A stretch of 50,597 bases of DNA from an uncultured Chloroflexia bacterium (GCA_963749705.1 CAVVNQ010000013.1:1-50597); one strand, 5' to 3'. Positions 17,769 through 34,208 are shown, numbered from the stretch's first letter. The notes: generated from the letters alone by a model not told the origin. Program-made: numbers and translations.

Positions 17769-17916
17769 TCCGCGGGCCGCGACGACCGGCCGACGTCCGG
17801 CTGGTCCGCGGGAGCGACGCCAGGTGGCGCCCCGGCCCGGTCCGCGGCCGTGACGTTGACAGTCGGGGACGAGAGGCCCATAGGGTGGGGACACCCATAC
17901 CACCGTCGTCGCGTCC

Positions 17917-23344
<5,428 letters not shown>

Positions 23345-23345
<1 letters not shown>

Positions 23346-26300
23346 TGCGCTCGCTGCCGATCTCCAGGACGGCGCAGCAACGGTTCACGCTGCCCGATGA
23401 GGTGGCCGCGGTCCCGGATGCCGGCGCGGCAGCCGCACCACCGACGGCGGGTCCCGGCGCCGGCCTCAGCGCGCCGCGCCGCGCCCTCGGCGCGGGCGAC
23501 ATCGCGCTCGCGCGCCGGGTGACGGCGGCCGTGAACTCGAGGCGGCGCGCGGGCGAGCCGAGCGCGCAGGCGGGCGAGCTCGCCGCGCTCGATCTGCTGC
23601 ACGAGGTGTTCCACCTCCTGGTCGAGAAGGCCGGCGAGATCCAGCCGGCGGCTGCGATGCCGGTCACCGCCGGCGCGGTCGAGGAGACCGTGGGCGGGCG
23701 CAGGACGAACCGACTCCTGGGGGCGGTTGCCGACGAGTTCCCCGCGGTCGCCGTCCGCGAATCGCCGGGACGGCTCGAGGAGCTGCTGCTGCTGCGGGTC
23801 ACCAACGAGAACCCCGCGGTGCGGCCGCTGCTGGAGCTGGTCGACGACTCGCCGCTGCCCGCGAAGGAGCGGACGGCCGCGATCAACGCGCTCGAGTCGT
23901 ACCACGCGGGGCTGCCGCCCATCGGGCCGGATGGCGAGACGCTGGTCGAGCTCCTCCGCGCACCGGCACGCGCGCACCCGACCTCGCTCGCGGGACAGCT
24001 CCGCTACGTGCGCGAGCGTTGGCGATCGCTGCTGGGTGATGCCCTCGACCAGCTGCTGGACCGGATGCTGCTCACGCTCGACGTGATCGCGGAGGAGGAG
24101 ATCGGGCTCCACCGGCGGTTCGGCGGCGCGGGCGCGGGCGCAGGCGACGGGGGTGGTGGCGAGGCCCCCGACCTCACGGGCCTCGACGCGGAACCCGAGC
24201 GGTTCTCCTCCGATTCGGCGTGGATGCCGCGGCTGGTGCTGATCGCGAAGAGTACCCACGTCTGGCTCGACCAGCTGTCGCGGACGTACCGCCGCGAGAT
24301 CCGGACCCTGGACGCGATCCCGGACGAGGAGCTGGACCGGCTCGCCCGCTGGGGGATCACCGGGCTGTGGCTGATCGGGCTTTGGGAGCGGAGCCGCGCG
24401 TCGCAGCGGATCAAGGCATGGCGCGGCAACCCCGACGCGGCGGCCTCCGCGTACTCGCTCGACGACTACCGGATCGCCTGGGACCTGGGCGGCGAGGACG
24501 CGTGGGCGAGCCTGCGCCAGCGGGCATGGTCACGGGGCATCCGGCTGGCCTCGGACATGGTGCCCAACCACATGGGCATCGACTCCTCGTGGGTGATCGA
24601 CCACCCGGAGTGGTTCCTGTCGCTCCCCGAGCCCCCCTACCCCGGCTACACGTTCAACGGCGACAACCTCGGCGACCACGATCGGGTCGAGGTCCGGCTC
24701 GAGGACCACTACTGGGACAACAGCGATGCCGCGGTCGTGTTCGAGCGCCGCGATCGATCGTCCGGCGAGCGTCGCTACATCTACCACGGCAACGACGGCA
24801 CGAGCTTCCCCTGGAATGACACCGCCCAGCTCGACTTCTCCTCGGCCGTGGTCCGGGAGCAGGTCATCCAGACCATCCTCGCCGTCGCGCGCCGGTTCCC
24901 GGTCATCCGTTTCGATGCCGCGATGGTGCTGGCCAAGCGGCACGTCCGCCGGCTGTGGTTCCCGGGCCCGGGCGAGGGCAGTGGCGGGATCCCGTCGCGG
25001 GCGGAGCACGGAACGATGACCCAGGCCGAGTTCGATGCCGCGGTGCCCGGCGAGTTCTGGCGCGAGGTCGTGGACCGGGTGGCGACCGAGGTCCCGGACA
25101 CGCTGCTGCTGGCCGAGGCGTTCTGGATGCTCGAGGGGTACTTCGTCCGGACGCTGGGCATGCACCGCGTGTACAACAGCGCGTTCATGCACATGCTCCG
25201 CGACGAGGACAACGCCGGCTACCGTCGGGTGCTCAAGGAGACCCTCGAGTTCGACCCCGAGATCCTCAAGCGCTACGTCAACTTCATGAACAACCCGGAC
25301 GAGAAGACCGCGGTCGAGCAGTTCGGCAAGGGTGACAAGTACGTCGGCGTCGCGACGCTGCTCGCAACCCTGCCCGGGTTGCCGATGTTCGGGCACGGGC
25401 AGTTCGAGGGGTTCGCCGAGAAGTACGGCATGGAGTTCCGGCGGGCGACGCACGACGAGCAGCCGGACCCGTGGCTGATGGGACGCCACGAGCACGAGAT
25501 CGTGCCGCTCCTCCACCGGCGCGGCGACTTTGCCGAGGCGCACGGCTTCCTGCTGTACGACGTGACCGGTGACGTCGGCGGCGTCGACGAGAACGTGTTC
25601 GCGTACTCCAACGGATCCGGTCCGTCGCGCTCGCTGGTCGTGTACCACAACCGGTACGGCGAGACGAGCGGCTGGGTCCGGGACTCGGCCGCGTTCGCGG
25701 TCAAGGACGCTGACGGATCGAAGCGGCTGGAGCGGCGGACGCTGGCCCAGGGGCTGGGCATCGCGGACGGGCCGGCGGACGACCGGTGGCTGGCGTTCCG
25801 CGATCAGCGCACCTCGCTGGAGCACCTCCGATCGGTTGCGGAGATCCGGGAGCGTGGCCTCCATGTCGAGCTGCGGGCATACGAGTCGCGGGTCCTGTGG
25901 GAGATGCGCGAGCTCCACGACGGCGCCGGGGTGTGGCGGCGGCTGGCGGAGATGCTCGGCGGTCGCGGGGTGCCGTCGCTCGAGGGCGCGCTGCGCGAGC
26001 TGCAGCTGGCACCCGTCCACTCCGCCGTCCGCGCGGCGATCCTCGATCCGTCGCGGGAGGTGATCGAGCGGCTGGTCGCCGCGGTGGCCGATGCGACCGG
26101 GACGTCCGGCGATCAGGGCGTGGTCGTGGAGCGGATCATGGCCGCCGTGACCGCGGCCGGGCCGGTCGCCGGGTCGATCGCCGACGGGTCGCAGCAGGCC
26201 GCGCTCCGGGTCCGGACGCTGCTGGCGCCGCTGGGCTCGCTGGCCGAAGACGCGATCCCCGGGCCGACCAGTCGCGCCTGGTACGAGGAGCTGCGGATGG

Positions 26301-26899
26301 CGCCGGTCGTGGCGGACGGGCTGCGTGCGACGGGACTGGACGAGGGAGCCGCATGGTGGGCCGCCGAGCGCGTGCACACCCTGCTCGACCTGCCGCTCCC
26401 GTCGGCGCTGGGTGGTCCCGCGACCACCCTGCCGGCACGGCTCGCCGATGCCTGGCTGCGCAACACGGCGGCGCGATCGTTCCTGCGCGTGAACGAATGG
26501 GAGGGAACCGAGTGGTTCCACCTGGAATCGTGGATGGAGCTGCTGGACTGGGTCGACCGGCTGGAACGGGTCGGCGCCACCGGTGCCGGCGCGTCCGGGG
26601 GCAGCGCCGCGTCGCGGGGAGCGCTCATCCGCCGGATGCGCGACGCGGCCGACGCGTCGGGCTACCGCGTCGACGAGCTCCGGGCGGCACTGACCCCGGC
26701 GGCGTCGTCGTCCGGCGGCAAGCGCGCCGCGGGCGCGAGCGGCGACGGGTCCGGCGCGAGCGGCGACCAGGCCGTCACGCGGGATGGCAAGCGGGATCGC
26801 AAGCGCGCCGCGGGCGCGAACCGCCCGGGAGCCGCAGGACCTTCGGGCCGGTCCGCCGCGCCGAAGCCTCGCCGCACGCGAGGATCGAGCGAGGGCTGA
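23345..26899 (+). CDS. Large GH13 alpha-amylase-family protein (1184 aa) with helical N- and C-terminal extensions
   Basis: SDMVPNH, WNDTAQL, RFDAAM (nucleophile), LAEAFW (acid/base), NNPDE, TLPG. The ATG overlaps the treS stop (TGATG). Confidence 0.88.
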
Positions 26900-27030
26900 C
26901 ACGGACCCTGGCGCGAGGCGTCGGGCGCACAGATCGATGATCCCCGCACTTGGTCCATCTGCGATGATCGTGGCCGGTGCGCGCCAGGCCCCGTCAATTG
27001 CGTGATCGTCCACCGCTCGGAGGAGCTGCC

Positions 27031-27426
27031 GTGAAGGGAATCATCATCGGGATCGCGGCGACCGCGATCGCGTTCGCGATCCTGATCAACGTCCTGCCCG
27101 CTTCGATGGTGTCGTTCTCGGGCGACAACGTCCAGCTGGTCGTGCTGGCGATCCTGTTCGGCCTGGTCAACTCGTTCATCAAGCCGGTCGTCAAGATCCT
27201 GTCCTTCCCGATCTCGATGATGACGCTGGGGCTGTTCGGGCTGGTCGTCAACGCCGGGATGCTGCTGCTCGTCGCGTACGTGGCGGACACCATGGCCGGG
27301 ATCAAGTTCACGGTCGGCGGGTTCCCGGCGGGCGGGATCACGGCCGACACGATCGTGGGCGCGGTCGTCGCCTCGGTGGCGCTGGGCATCATCTCCACGA
27401 TCGTGGGCCTCGTCGTCCACGACTGA
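27031..27426 (+). CDS. 4-TM membrane protein of the 'phage holin superfamily IV' / YvlD type
   Basis: ILFGLVNSFIKPVVKILSFPISMMTLGLFGLVVNAGML signature. GGAGGAG RBS precedes the GTG at 27031. Confidence 0.85.
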   Translation: MKGIIIGIAATAIAFAILINVLPASMVSFSGDNVQLVVLAILFGLVNSFIKPVVKILSFPISMMTLGLFGLVVNAGMLLLVAYVADTMAGIKFTVGGFPAGGITADTIVGAVVASVALGIISTIVGLVVHD

Positions 27427-27447
27427 CCCCCGTCCTCGCCTGACGCC

Positions 27448-28806
27448 GTGAGCGCGGCCGCCGATGCCGAGGCTGCGGGCCTGACGGCGTCCCTCCGAGC
27501 GGCCGCGCGGCGGTTCGGGACCCCGGCGTACGTGACCTCGGTCGCGGCCCTGGAGACCGCGACGGCGGAGCTCCGCGACGCGTTCCCCGACCCGTGGCTC
27601 CGCTCGTACTCGGTCAAGGCGAACGACGTCCCGGCCATCGTCGCCAGTGTCTGCGAGCAGGGCCTGGGCGCAAACGTCGTGTCGCGCGGTGAATGGGCGT
27701 CCGCAACACGCGCCGGCATCCCCAACGACCGGATCACGCTCGAGGGGATCGGCAAGACGCCCGCTGACCTCCGCGCCGCCGTGCGCGCGGCCGACGACGG
27801 CCACCCGTTGCGCTGGGTCGCGATCGAGAGCGAGGAGGAGCTCGGCGCGCTGGTGACGCTGGCCGAACAGGCGGGGCTCGGCCAGGGAGGACGACCGCCG
27901 CTCGACGTCCTGCTCCGGCTCAACCCGGACGTGGCTCCGGAGACGCAGGCTGGGCTGGCGGTCGGTCGGGCATCGTCCAAGTTCGGCATGACCGAGACCG
28001 AGCTCACCACGTCGGTCGCGACGCTGGACCCGGCCGGACCCGTCCGCGCCCGGGGCATCCACCTGCACGTCGGGTCCCAGCTGGGTGCCGTGGACGCGTG
28101 GCGGGAGGCGGTGCGGCGCGGACTCGCGGTGCTCGCGCTCCTGCGCTCCGGGCTGGAGGCGTTCGACACCCTCGACGTCGGCGGCGGGTTCCCGGTCGGC
28201 GATCCCGGCACGGTGCCCACCCCCGCGCACTTCGCTCGCGAGGTGCCGCCCCTGATCGAGGCGATCACGGCGATCGCGGCCGACCGACGGCCGGCGCGTC
28301 TCGCGGTCGAGCCCGGTCGGTTCCTCGTCGCACGGGCAGGCTGGCTCGTGGCGTCGGTCCTGCACGTCCGGGCGCGGGCTGGCATCGAGCGGATCGTGGT
28401 CCTGGACGCGGGCATGGGGGAGCTGATCCGGCCCGCGCTGTACGGCGCGTACCACGAGATCACGGCGCTGACCTCGCTCGGCCGGCCCGTCGAGCCACGG
28501 GCCGCTACCTCGTCCCCGCCGGACGCCCGACCATCGACGCGCGCCGGCGGCTCGCCTGCGGCGGCTCGCCCCGCGCTCCAGCATGCACGCGTCGACGGCC
28601 CGGTGTGCGAGTCCACGGACACTCTCGACCGCCACGACCTGCCCCCGCTGCGGCGCGGCGACCTGGTCGCGATCGCCGACGCCGGGGCCTATGCCGCATC
28701 GATGTCGATGGGCTACAACGGCCGGCCGCGGCCGCCGCAGGTCCTGCTCGAGGTGGACGGGCGGCTCACGCTGGGACGTCGCCGCGGATCGCCGGCGGCG
28801 CGCTGA
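27448..28806 (+). CDS. lysA: Diaminopimelate decarboxylase (fold-type III PLP decarboxylase)
   Basis: YSVKAN (PLP lysine), SKFG, HLHVGSQ, DVGGGF, EPGR, IRPALY, GPVCESTD, GAY..SM..YN.RP. Confidence 0.85.
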   Translation: MSAAADAEAAGLTASLRAAARRFGTPAYVTSVAALETATAELRDAFPDPWLRSYSVKANDVPAIVASVCEQGLGANVVSRGEWASATRAGIPNDRITLEGIGKTPADLRAAVRAADDGHPLRWVAIESEEELGALVTLAEQAGLGQGGRPPLDVLLRLNPDVAPETQAGLAVGRASSKFGMTETELTTSVATLDPAGPVRARGIHLHVGSQLGAVDAWREAVRRGLAVLALLRSGLEAFDTLDVGGGFPVGDPGTVPTPAHFAREVPPLIEAITAIAADRRPARLAVEPGRFLVARAGWLVASVLHVRARAGIERIVVLDAGMGELIRPALYGAYHEITALTSLGRPVEPRAATSSPPDARPSTRAGGSPAAARPALQHARVDGPVCESTDTLDRHDLPPLRRGDLVAIADAGAYAASMSMGYNGRPRPPQVLLEVDGRLTLGRRRGSPAAR

Positions 28807-28844
28807 GCGATGGAGCCCGTGCGCGACCGGCTAGGCTTGCGGCC

Positions 28845-30830
28845 ATGAGCCTGCCCCGAAGCCGGTTTGCCGCCCGCCTTGCCGCCGGTCCGCTGCTGGC
28901 CGATGGGGGCATGGGCACGCTGCTGTTCTCGCGCGGCATCCCCCAGCGCGCCTGCCTCGACGAGCTGGCGGCCACCCGGTCCGACCTCGTGGCCGCGATC
29001 CACCGCGAGTACCTCGAGGCCGGCGCGGACCTGATCGAGACGCTCACGTTCGGAGCGAACCGGATGCGCCTGGGCGGGTTCGGCCTCGCCAATTCGGCGG
29101 CGCCGCTCAACCGCCGCGCGGCACAGGTGGCTCGCGAGGCCCGTGACGTCGCGGGTCGCGACGCCTGGGTGGGCGGCAGCGTGGGTCCGCTGGGCCCGCC
29201 CACCCGCGAGCTCCGGCATCCCGACGAGGCGACGATCCGGGCGGCGTTCCGCGAGCAGATCGACGGCCTGCTCGAGGGCGGGGTCGACCTGCTCGTGATC
29301 GAGACCTTCTTCGACCTCACGCACCTGCTGCTCGCGGTGGACGAGGCCCGGCGAGCCGCGGACGTCCCGGTGATCGCCTCGATGACGTTCGGCGAGGACC
29401 TGGTGCTCGCCGACGGCACCACGCCCGAGGCCGCTGTCGCGGCGCTGACGACGGCCGGAATCGACGCGATCGGCGTCAACTGCGGCGTCGGTCCGCTGGC
29501 GGGGATCGACACCCTCGCCCGGATGGGCGCGCCGGCGCCCGGCGAGCCACCACGCTCGATCATGCCCAACGCCGGCCTGCCGCAACGGCTGGAGGGCCAG
29601 TTCGTGTACGCGGCCGGTCCCGAGTACTTCGGATCGATCGTGCCCCGCCTGCTCGAATTGGGGGCCGGGATCCTCGGTGGCTGCTGCGGGACGACGCCCG
29701 CGCACGTTGCCGCGATGCGGTCTGCCCTGGAGGCGCTCGCGATCGCCGACGCGCGACGCACGAGGGCCCGTTCGGACGGATCGGCCGCCGGCGCCGAGGT
29801 GCGCGTGGACGCGACGGCCCCCGTGCCGGTCTCCGGGGCAAGCCCCCGGGCCGCGTTCGCGGATTCGCCGGCCGGGTCGGATCCGGATCGCCGAAGTCCC
29901 GCCACGAAGCTCGGCCGGGCGCTGGCGGACGGCCGGTTCCTGATCTCGGTCGAGATCGACCCGCCCCGGAGCATCCGGATCGAGCGGACCATCGAGGCTG
30001 CGCGGCTCCTGCGCGATGCCGGCGCCGATGTCGTCAACGTGTCGGACAGCGCGATGGCGCGGGTCCGGATGGGCGCCCTGGCGGTCGCGTTCGGCATCCA
30101 GCACGACCTCGATCTCGAGTGCGTCGTCCACTTCACGACGCGCGACCGCAACCTGATGGCGCTCGAGTCGGAGCTGCTGGGCGCCCACGCGCTCGGCGTG
30201 CGCAACATCCTGGCCCTGACCGGGGATCCGCCACGGGTCGGCGACTACCCGACCGGGACGGGGGTGTGGGACGTCGACTCGATCGGGCTGATCGAGATCC
30301 TGACCCGGCTCAACCGCGGCGAGGACCAGGCCGGCTCCCCGATCGGTCAGCGGGCGTCGTTCACGATCGCGTGCGCCCTCGACCCGACCGCCGCCGACGC
30401 TGCGGCCGAGTGGGACCGCCTGGAGCGGAAGCTGGCGTCCGGTGCACAGCTGGTCATGACCCAGCCTCTGTACGACATCGCGCAGGTCGAGTCGATGCTG
30501 GCCGAGGCGCGCCGGCGGTTCGGCCCGCGCGGGCTCCCCGTCCCCGTGCTCCTGGGGATCCTGCCGCTCGTGTCGGCGCGCCACGCCGAGTTCCTCCACA
30601 ACGAGGTGCCGGGGATCCGGATCCCGGACGAGGCCCGCGAGCGGATGCGCGCGGCCGGCGCCGCGGGCACGGAGGCGGGGATCGAGATGGCCGACGCCCT
30701 GCTGGCCGCGGTCGAGCACGAGGTCGCGGGCACCTACCTGATGCCCAGCTTCGGCCGGTACGAGCAGGCTGCCGAGCTCGTCCGCCGGATCCGCGCCCGC
30801 CACCCGGTGGTGCGTCAGGCGCGCTCCTGA
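28845..30830 (+). CDS. Bifunctional homocysteine S-methyltransferase / methylenetetrahydrofolate reductase (YitJ-type)
   Basis: DGGMGT, GADLIET, GVNC, PNAG, GGCCGT (Zn ligands), a Pro/Ala linker, then VEIDPP, TTRDRN, LTGDP, MTQP, FLHNEVPGI. Confidence 0.93.
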   Translation: MSLPRSRFAARLAAGPLLADGGMGTLLFSRGIPQRACLDELAATRSDLVAAIHREYLEAGADLIETLTFGANRMRLGGFGLANSAAPLNRRAAQVAREARDVAGRDAWVGGSVGPLGPPTRELRHPDEATIRAAFREQIDGLLEGGVDLLVIETFFDLTHLLLAVDEARRAADVPVIASMTFGEDLVLADGTTPEAAVAALTTAGIDAIGVNCGVGPLAGIDTLARMGAPAPGEPPRSIMPNAGLPQRLEGQFVYAAGPEYFGSIVPRLLELGAGILGGCCGTTPAHVAAMRSALEALAIADARRTRARSDGSAAGAEVRVDATAPVPVSGASPRAAFADSPAGSDPDRRSPATKLGRALADGRFLISVEIDPPRSIRIERTIEAARLLRDAGADVVNVSDSAMARVRMGALAVAFGIQHDLDLECVVHFTTRDRNLMALESELLGAHALGVRNILALTGDPPRVGDYPTGTGVWDVDSIGLIEILTRLNRGEDQAGSPIGQRASFTIACALDPTAADAAAEWDRLERKLASGAQLVMTQPLYDIAQVESMLAEARRRFGPRGLPVPVLLGILPLVSARHAEFLHNEVPGIRIPDEARERMRAAGAAGTEAGIEMADALLAAVEHEVAGTYLMPSFGRYEQAAELVRRIRARHPVVRQARS

Positions 30831-30857
30831 GGCAGGCCCGGCGCGTATCGTTTGGAC

Positions 30858-32603
30858 ATGACCAGCCTGCGATCCACGATCCTGCGGTCCCTGGCGCCGG
30901 CGGCCGCGGCCGCCCTGCTCGCGCTGGCCGCGGCCACCACGGCCGTCACGGGCGTCGGCGCGGCCGGGCCGCCGTTCCCGGACCCGGTGACGGACCAGGC
31001 CGTCTACGACGAGGCCGGCGTCCTGACCCAGGCCACGATCGACCGAGCCGAGTCGATCATCGACGGGATCGAGAACCGGACCGGCGCCGAGGTCGTCGTC
31101 TACACCCAGCTGACCTCGGACGACATCACGCCCGACGAGGCCGAGCGGGACGCCCGGGCGCTGATGGACCAGTGGGGCGTCGGCCGCCGCGGGTTCGACG
31201 ACGGGCTCGTGATCCTGTTCGACCTCCACCAGAGCAACCCGTGCCACGGCGAGGTCCAGCTCTACGCCGGCCCCGGGTACCGCGCGGCGTTCCTGTCCAA
31301 CGCGGACCGGCAGGCGATCATCGACGACCGGATGCTGCCGCTGCTCCGCGGCTGTGACCTCAACGGGGCGCTGCTGACGGCGCTGGGGGCGATCGATGCC
31401 AACGCGACGCCCGAGCACGCGAGCACGCTCGAGACGGCCCGCCAGGTCAACGCGGTGCTCGGCCTCCTGGTCGCCCCGATGCTGGCGCTCCTGGTCATCG
31501 GCTGGGGGCTGCTGAGCTGGCTGCAGCACGGCCGGGATCCGGTCTACCTCGACGACCCGTCGATCCACATGCCGGCGCCGCCTCCGGGCCTCACCCCCGC
31601 GGCGGGTGCGGTCGTCCGCGACGGCCGGGCAACGCGGCGAGCGCTGACGGCAGCCAGCCTCGACCTCGCGACGCGCGGGCTGATCGCGTTCCGGCCGGAG
31701 ACGCACGGCCTGCTGGCCAAGACGACCAAGGTCGGGATCGAGATCGCGCCGGACGCGCCGGATGACGCCGGCGACCGGGCGCGAGCGGAGCGCGCGCGGC
31801 AGCGGGCCATGGACGATGCGACCCGCTTCCTCGACGGCCGCCTCGGCTCGATCGCGGGCGGCGACGGGCGGATCGAGCCGGACGACATGCTCAAGCTGGG
31901 CACCGACGTCGGCTCGTTCAACACGCGGCTCGAGGCGCACGTCGTGGCGCAGGGCTGGTTCACGGAGGCGCCGGGCAAGGCGACCACGCGCTGGGTGCTG
32001 CGCGGGATCGGCGTCGCGGTGCTCGGCGGCATCGCCCTGTTCGCCGGCGTCAACATGCCGTCGGACGGCCTGGTGGTCGTCGGCGTGGGGCTGCTGATCG
32101 CGGGCGGCGTCCTCCTGGTCCTGTCGCGGAGCATGCCCTCGCGGACGATGCCCGGCGCCATGATCCGGGCCATGCTCGAGGCATACCGGCGGACGCTCCA
32201 GAAGACCACGGCGCAGGCACGCTCGATGGGCGAGGTGGTCGAGACCTCCGCCATCCCCCTGATCGAGAGCCCCGACGATGCCGTGGTGTGGGGCGTCGCG
32301 CTGGGCCTCCAGGACGAGATCGAGCGCGTGCTCGACCGCACGTCGGACGACCTGAAGGCGGGTCGCGCGACGAGCGGCTACCTGCCGCTGTGGTACGGGG
32401 CGGCCGGCGGCGCGCACGTCGGCGCCGGCGGCACCGGCGGCTGGGCGCCAGGGATGATGAGCTCATCGCCGATCCCCGACTTCTCCGGGATGATGTCGGC
32501 CCTGGGGACGATCGGGAACTCGCCGTCATCGTCCGGGTCGGGCGGCGGCTTCGGCGGCGGCGGCTCGGGTGGCGGGGGCGGCGGGGCGGGCGGCAGCTTC
32601 TGA
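30858..32603 (+). CDS. Exported TPM-domain membrane protein with DUF2207-like region and Gly-rich tail
   Basis: Signal peptide, VYDEAGVL...TGAEVVV...WGVG...DDGLVIL, transmembrane segments, PPPGLTPA, DLATRGLI, C-terminal GGGFGGGGSGGGGGG. Confidence 0.82.
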   Translation: MTSLRSTILRSLAPAAAAALLALAAATTAVTGVGAAGPPFPDPVTDQAVYDEAGVLTQATIDRAESIIDGIENRTGAEVVVYTQLTSDDITPDEAERDARALMDQWGVGRRGFDDGLVILFDLHQSNPCHGEVQLYAGPGYRAAFLSNADRQAIIDDRMLPLLRGCDLNGALLTALGAIDANATPEHASTLETARQVNAVLGLLVAPMLALLVIGWGLLSWLQHGRDPVYLDDPSIHMPAPPPGLTPAAGAVVRDGRATRRALTAASLDLATRGLIAFRPETHGLLAKTTKVGIEIAPDAPDDAGDRARAERARQRAMDDATRFLDGRLGSIAGGDGRIEPDDMLKLGTDVGSFNTRLEAHVVAQGWFTEAPGKATTRWVLRGIGVAVLGGIALFAGVNMPSDGLVVVGVGLLIAGGVLLVLSRSMPSRTMPGAMIRAMLEAYRRTLQKTTAQARSMGEVVETSAIPLIESPDDAVVWGVALGLQDEIERVLDRTSDDLKAGRATSGYLPLWYGAAGGAHVGAGGTGGWAPGMMSSSPIPDFSGMMSALGTIGNSPSSSGSGGGFGGGGSGGGGGGAGGSF

Positions 32604-32627
32604 GGCTCGCGCGCTACACTCCGGGCC

Positions 32628-32957
32628 ATGGGTGCCACCGACACGATGGAGATCTTCTTCGAGCGCCTCAACGGGGGCGACGTGCCCGGCGCTGTCGAGC
32701 TGATGGACGAGCGCACGGAGATGCGGATCCACGTCGGCGACAACGCGCGGACGCTGCGCGGCGTGGAGCAGGTGAGCGGCTGGTTCCTGCGCGCGGACAA
32801 GGGCCTCAAGATGATCCCGGGCGAGGTCCGCGACATGGGCAACACCTACCAGGCCGACCTCGTCGTCGTCCGGCCGGGCGCGCCCAGCCAGCATCTCGAC
32901 GCCCAGTTCCGCGTCGAGGCCGGCAAGATCACCTCGATCAATCTCAGCCCCCGCTGA
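32628..32957 (+). CDS. Small NTF2/SnoaL-like protein
   Basis: FFERLNGGDV..AVELM, LRG...V..WF, C-terminal FRVEAGKITSI. Confidence 0.7.
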   Translation: MGATDTMEIFFERLNGGDVPGAVELMDERTEMRIHVGDNARTLRGVEQVSGWFLRADKGLKMIPGEVRDMGNTYQADLVVVRPGAPSQHLDAQFRVEAGKITSINLSPR

Positions 32958-33008
32958 CCCGCGCCTGGCGGGACCGTCCACCTGCCCGTCGCCGCGATGC
33001 GTGCAGGA

Positions 33009-34208
33009 TCAGGGTGAGGGTGACTCGCTGACCTCGTCGGGAAGCGACGTGGGGGCCGCCACCGGGATCGTGATCTCATCGCCGATCGTGATCTTGTCGG
33101 GGTTCTTGATCTGCGGGTTGGCGGCCATGATCTCGTCGATGGTGACCCCGAACTGCTTGGCGATCCGGGACATGGTGTCGCCCTTCGCGACGATGTAGAC
33201 CTGCGGCGTCGGCAGCGGCGTGTCGGTCGGGCTCGGCTCCGCCGTGATCGCAGGTGATGGCGACGGCGTCGCACCGCCGAGCCCGGGCCCGTTGCCGCCG
33301 ATGCCGAGCAGCATCGGGCCGACGAAGAACAGGACCGCGCCGGCAAGGATCAGCGACACGACCGCGAGCCCGAGGCGCGAGAACCCGGGCAGGCCGGGCA
33401 GCCCCGGCAGCCCGATCCTGGTCTTGAGGCTCGGATATGCCTCGTAGCGGTGGGGACGCTCCCAGGCCGGGCCGAACAGCTCGGCGGCCTCCTCCTCCTG
33501 GCGGCGATGGACCTGCTCCCGGCGCGGCGCCGACGGGCGCGCCTGGGGCTCCTGGGGGCGGGCCTCCCGCGAGCGCCCGCGCGGCTCCGCCCAGTCGTCG
33601 AGATCATCCTCGGGCTCACGCGACCCGATCCGTCCTGCGGGCGGGATCGCAGGGTCGTAGGCGGGGTCGGGGCCGGCCAGCCGGTCGGCGGCGCTCCCCG
33701 CGAGCCCACGCGATGCGGCGCGCCAGTCGCCGGCATCGCCGTCACCATCGCCATGACCGGCGAGGAACGGCGGAGGCGGCGTCTCGTCAGCCGGGACGTC
33801 GTCGTCACCGGCCCACGGCGGCGGCGCCGCCCAATCCCGGTGCGGGTTCCGGCGCGGCGGCAGCGGCGGCGGCGTATCGGTGCCCGTGGCGTGTCGCGGC
33901 TCACGGTCGACCGGCGGCATCGGCCGGCTCACCGGCGGGGCATCGCGGAGCGGCGCCTCGGCGGGCGCCGCAGGCCGGGTGGCGGCGGCCTCGCGACGGG
34001 CCCAGTCCTGGAACGTCGGGCAGACGGGGAACGCGGACGAGAGGCAGTAGGCCTCCTGGTGCGCGAGCGCGCGGGGTGCGGGGTTGGGCTCGGCGTAGCA
34101 GCGATGCCGGTGGTCGGGCGCGGTGCCGCGTCCGTCCCGGTCGTCCTCATAGGCGACGAAGGGGCACGCCGGCGCGCCATCGACGATCGGGAGCCCGCGG
34201 TCGGTCAT
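33009..34208 (-). CDS. Membrane-anchored LysM protein with N-terminal Cys/His cluster and disordered linker
   Basis: CPF...HRC...HQ..YC....F..CP.F at the N-terminus, Pro-rich linker, one TM helix, then YIVAKGDTMSRIAKQFGVT...NPQIKNPDKITIGDEITIP. Confidence 0.88.
   Translation of the reverse strand: MTDRGLPIVDGAPACPFVAYEDDRDGRGTAPDHRHRCYAEPNPAPRALAHQEAYCLSSAFPVCPTFQDWARREAAATRPAAPAEAPLRDAPPVSRPMPPVDREPRHATGTDTPPPLPPRRNPHRDWAAPPPWAGDDDVPADETPPPPFLAGHGDGDGDAGDWRAASRGLAGSAADRLAGPDPAYDPAIPPAGRIGSREPEDDLDDWAEPRGRSREARPQEPQARPSAPRREQVHRRQEEEAAELFGPAWERPHRYEAYPSLKTRIGLPGLPGLPGFSRLGLAVVSLILAGAVLFFVGPMLLGIGGNGPGLGGATPSPSPAITAEPSPTDTPLPTPQVYIVAKGDTMSRIAKQFGVTIDEIMAANPQIKNPDKITIGDEITIPVAAPTSLPDEVSESPSP

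Noticed and set aside
17856-17886. glgE promoter TTGACA...TAGGGT
   Set aside because: The -35 is perfect but the spacing to the best -10 is 19 nt. Plausible, but too weak to list as a feature.
27031-27426. Prophage lysis gene
   Set aside because: This holin-annotated family is common in chromosomes, and no endolysin, integrase or structural phage genes are nearby.
28807-28844. SAM riboswitch before the methionine-synthesis gene, or lysine riboswitch before lysA
   Set aside because: The gaps are only 38 nt and 21 nt, and the methionine gene looks leaderless.
28713-32417. 1234-aa minus-strand ORF, and similar ones at 19968-23042, 24530-27013 and 6707-9121
   Set aside because: They are antisense to well-supported genes and have no recognisable motifs. 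Long stop-free shadow frames are expected at this GC content.
32530-32597. G-rich run as a G-quadruplex or DNA repeat
   Set aside because: It is explained by the Gly-rich tail typical of TPM/DUF2207 proteins.
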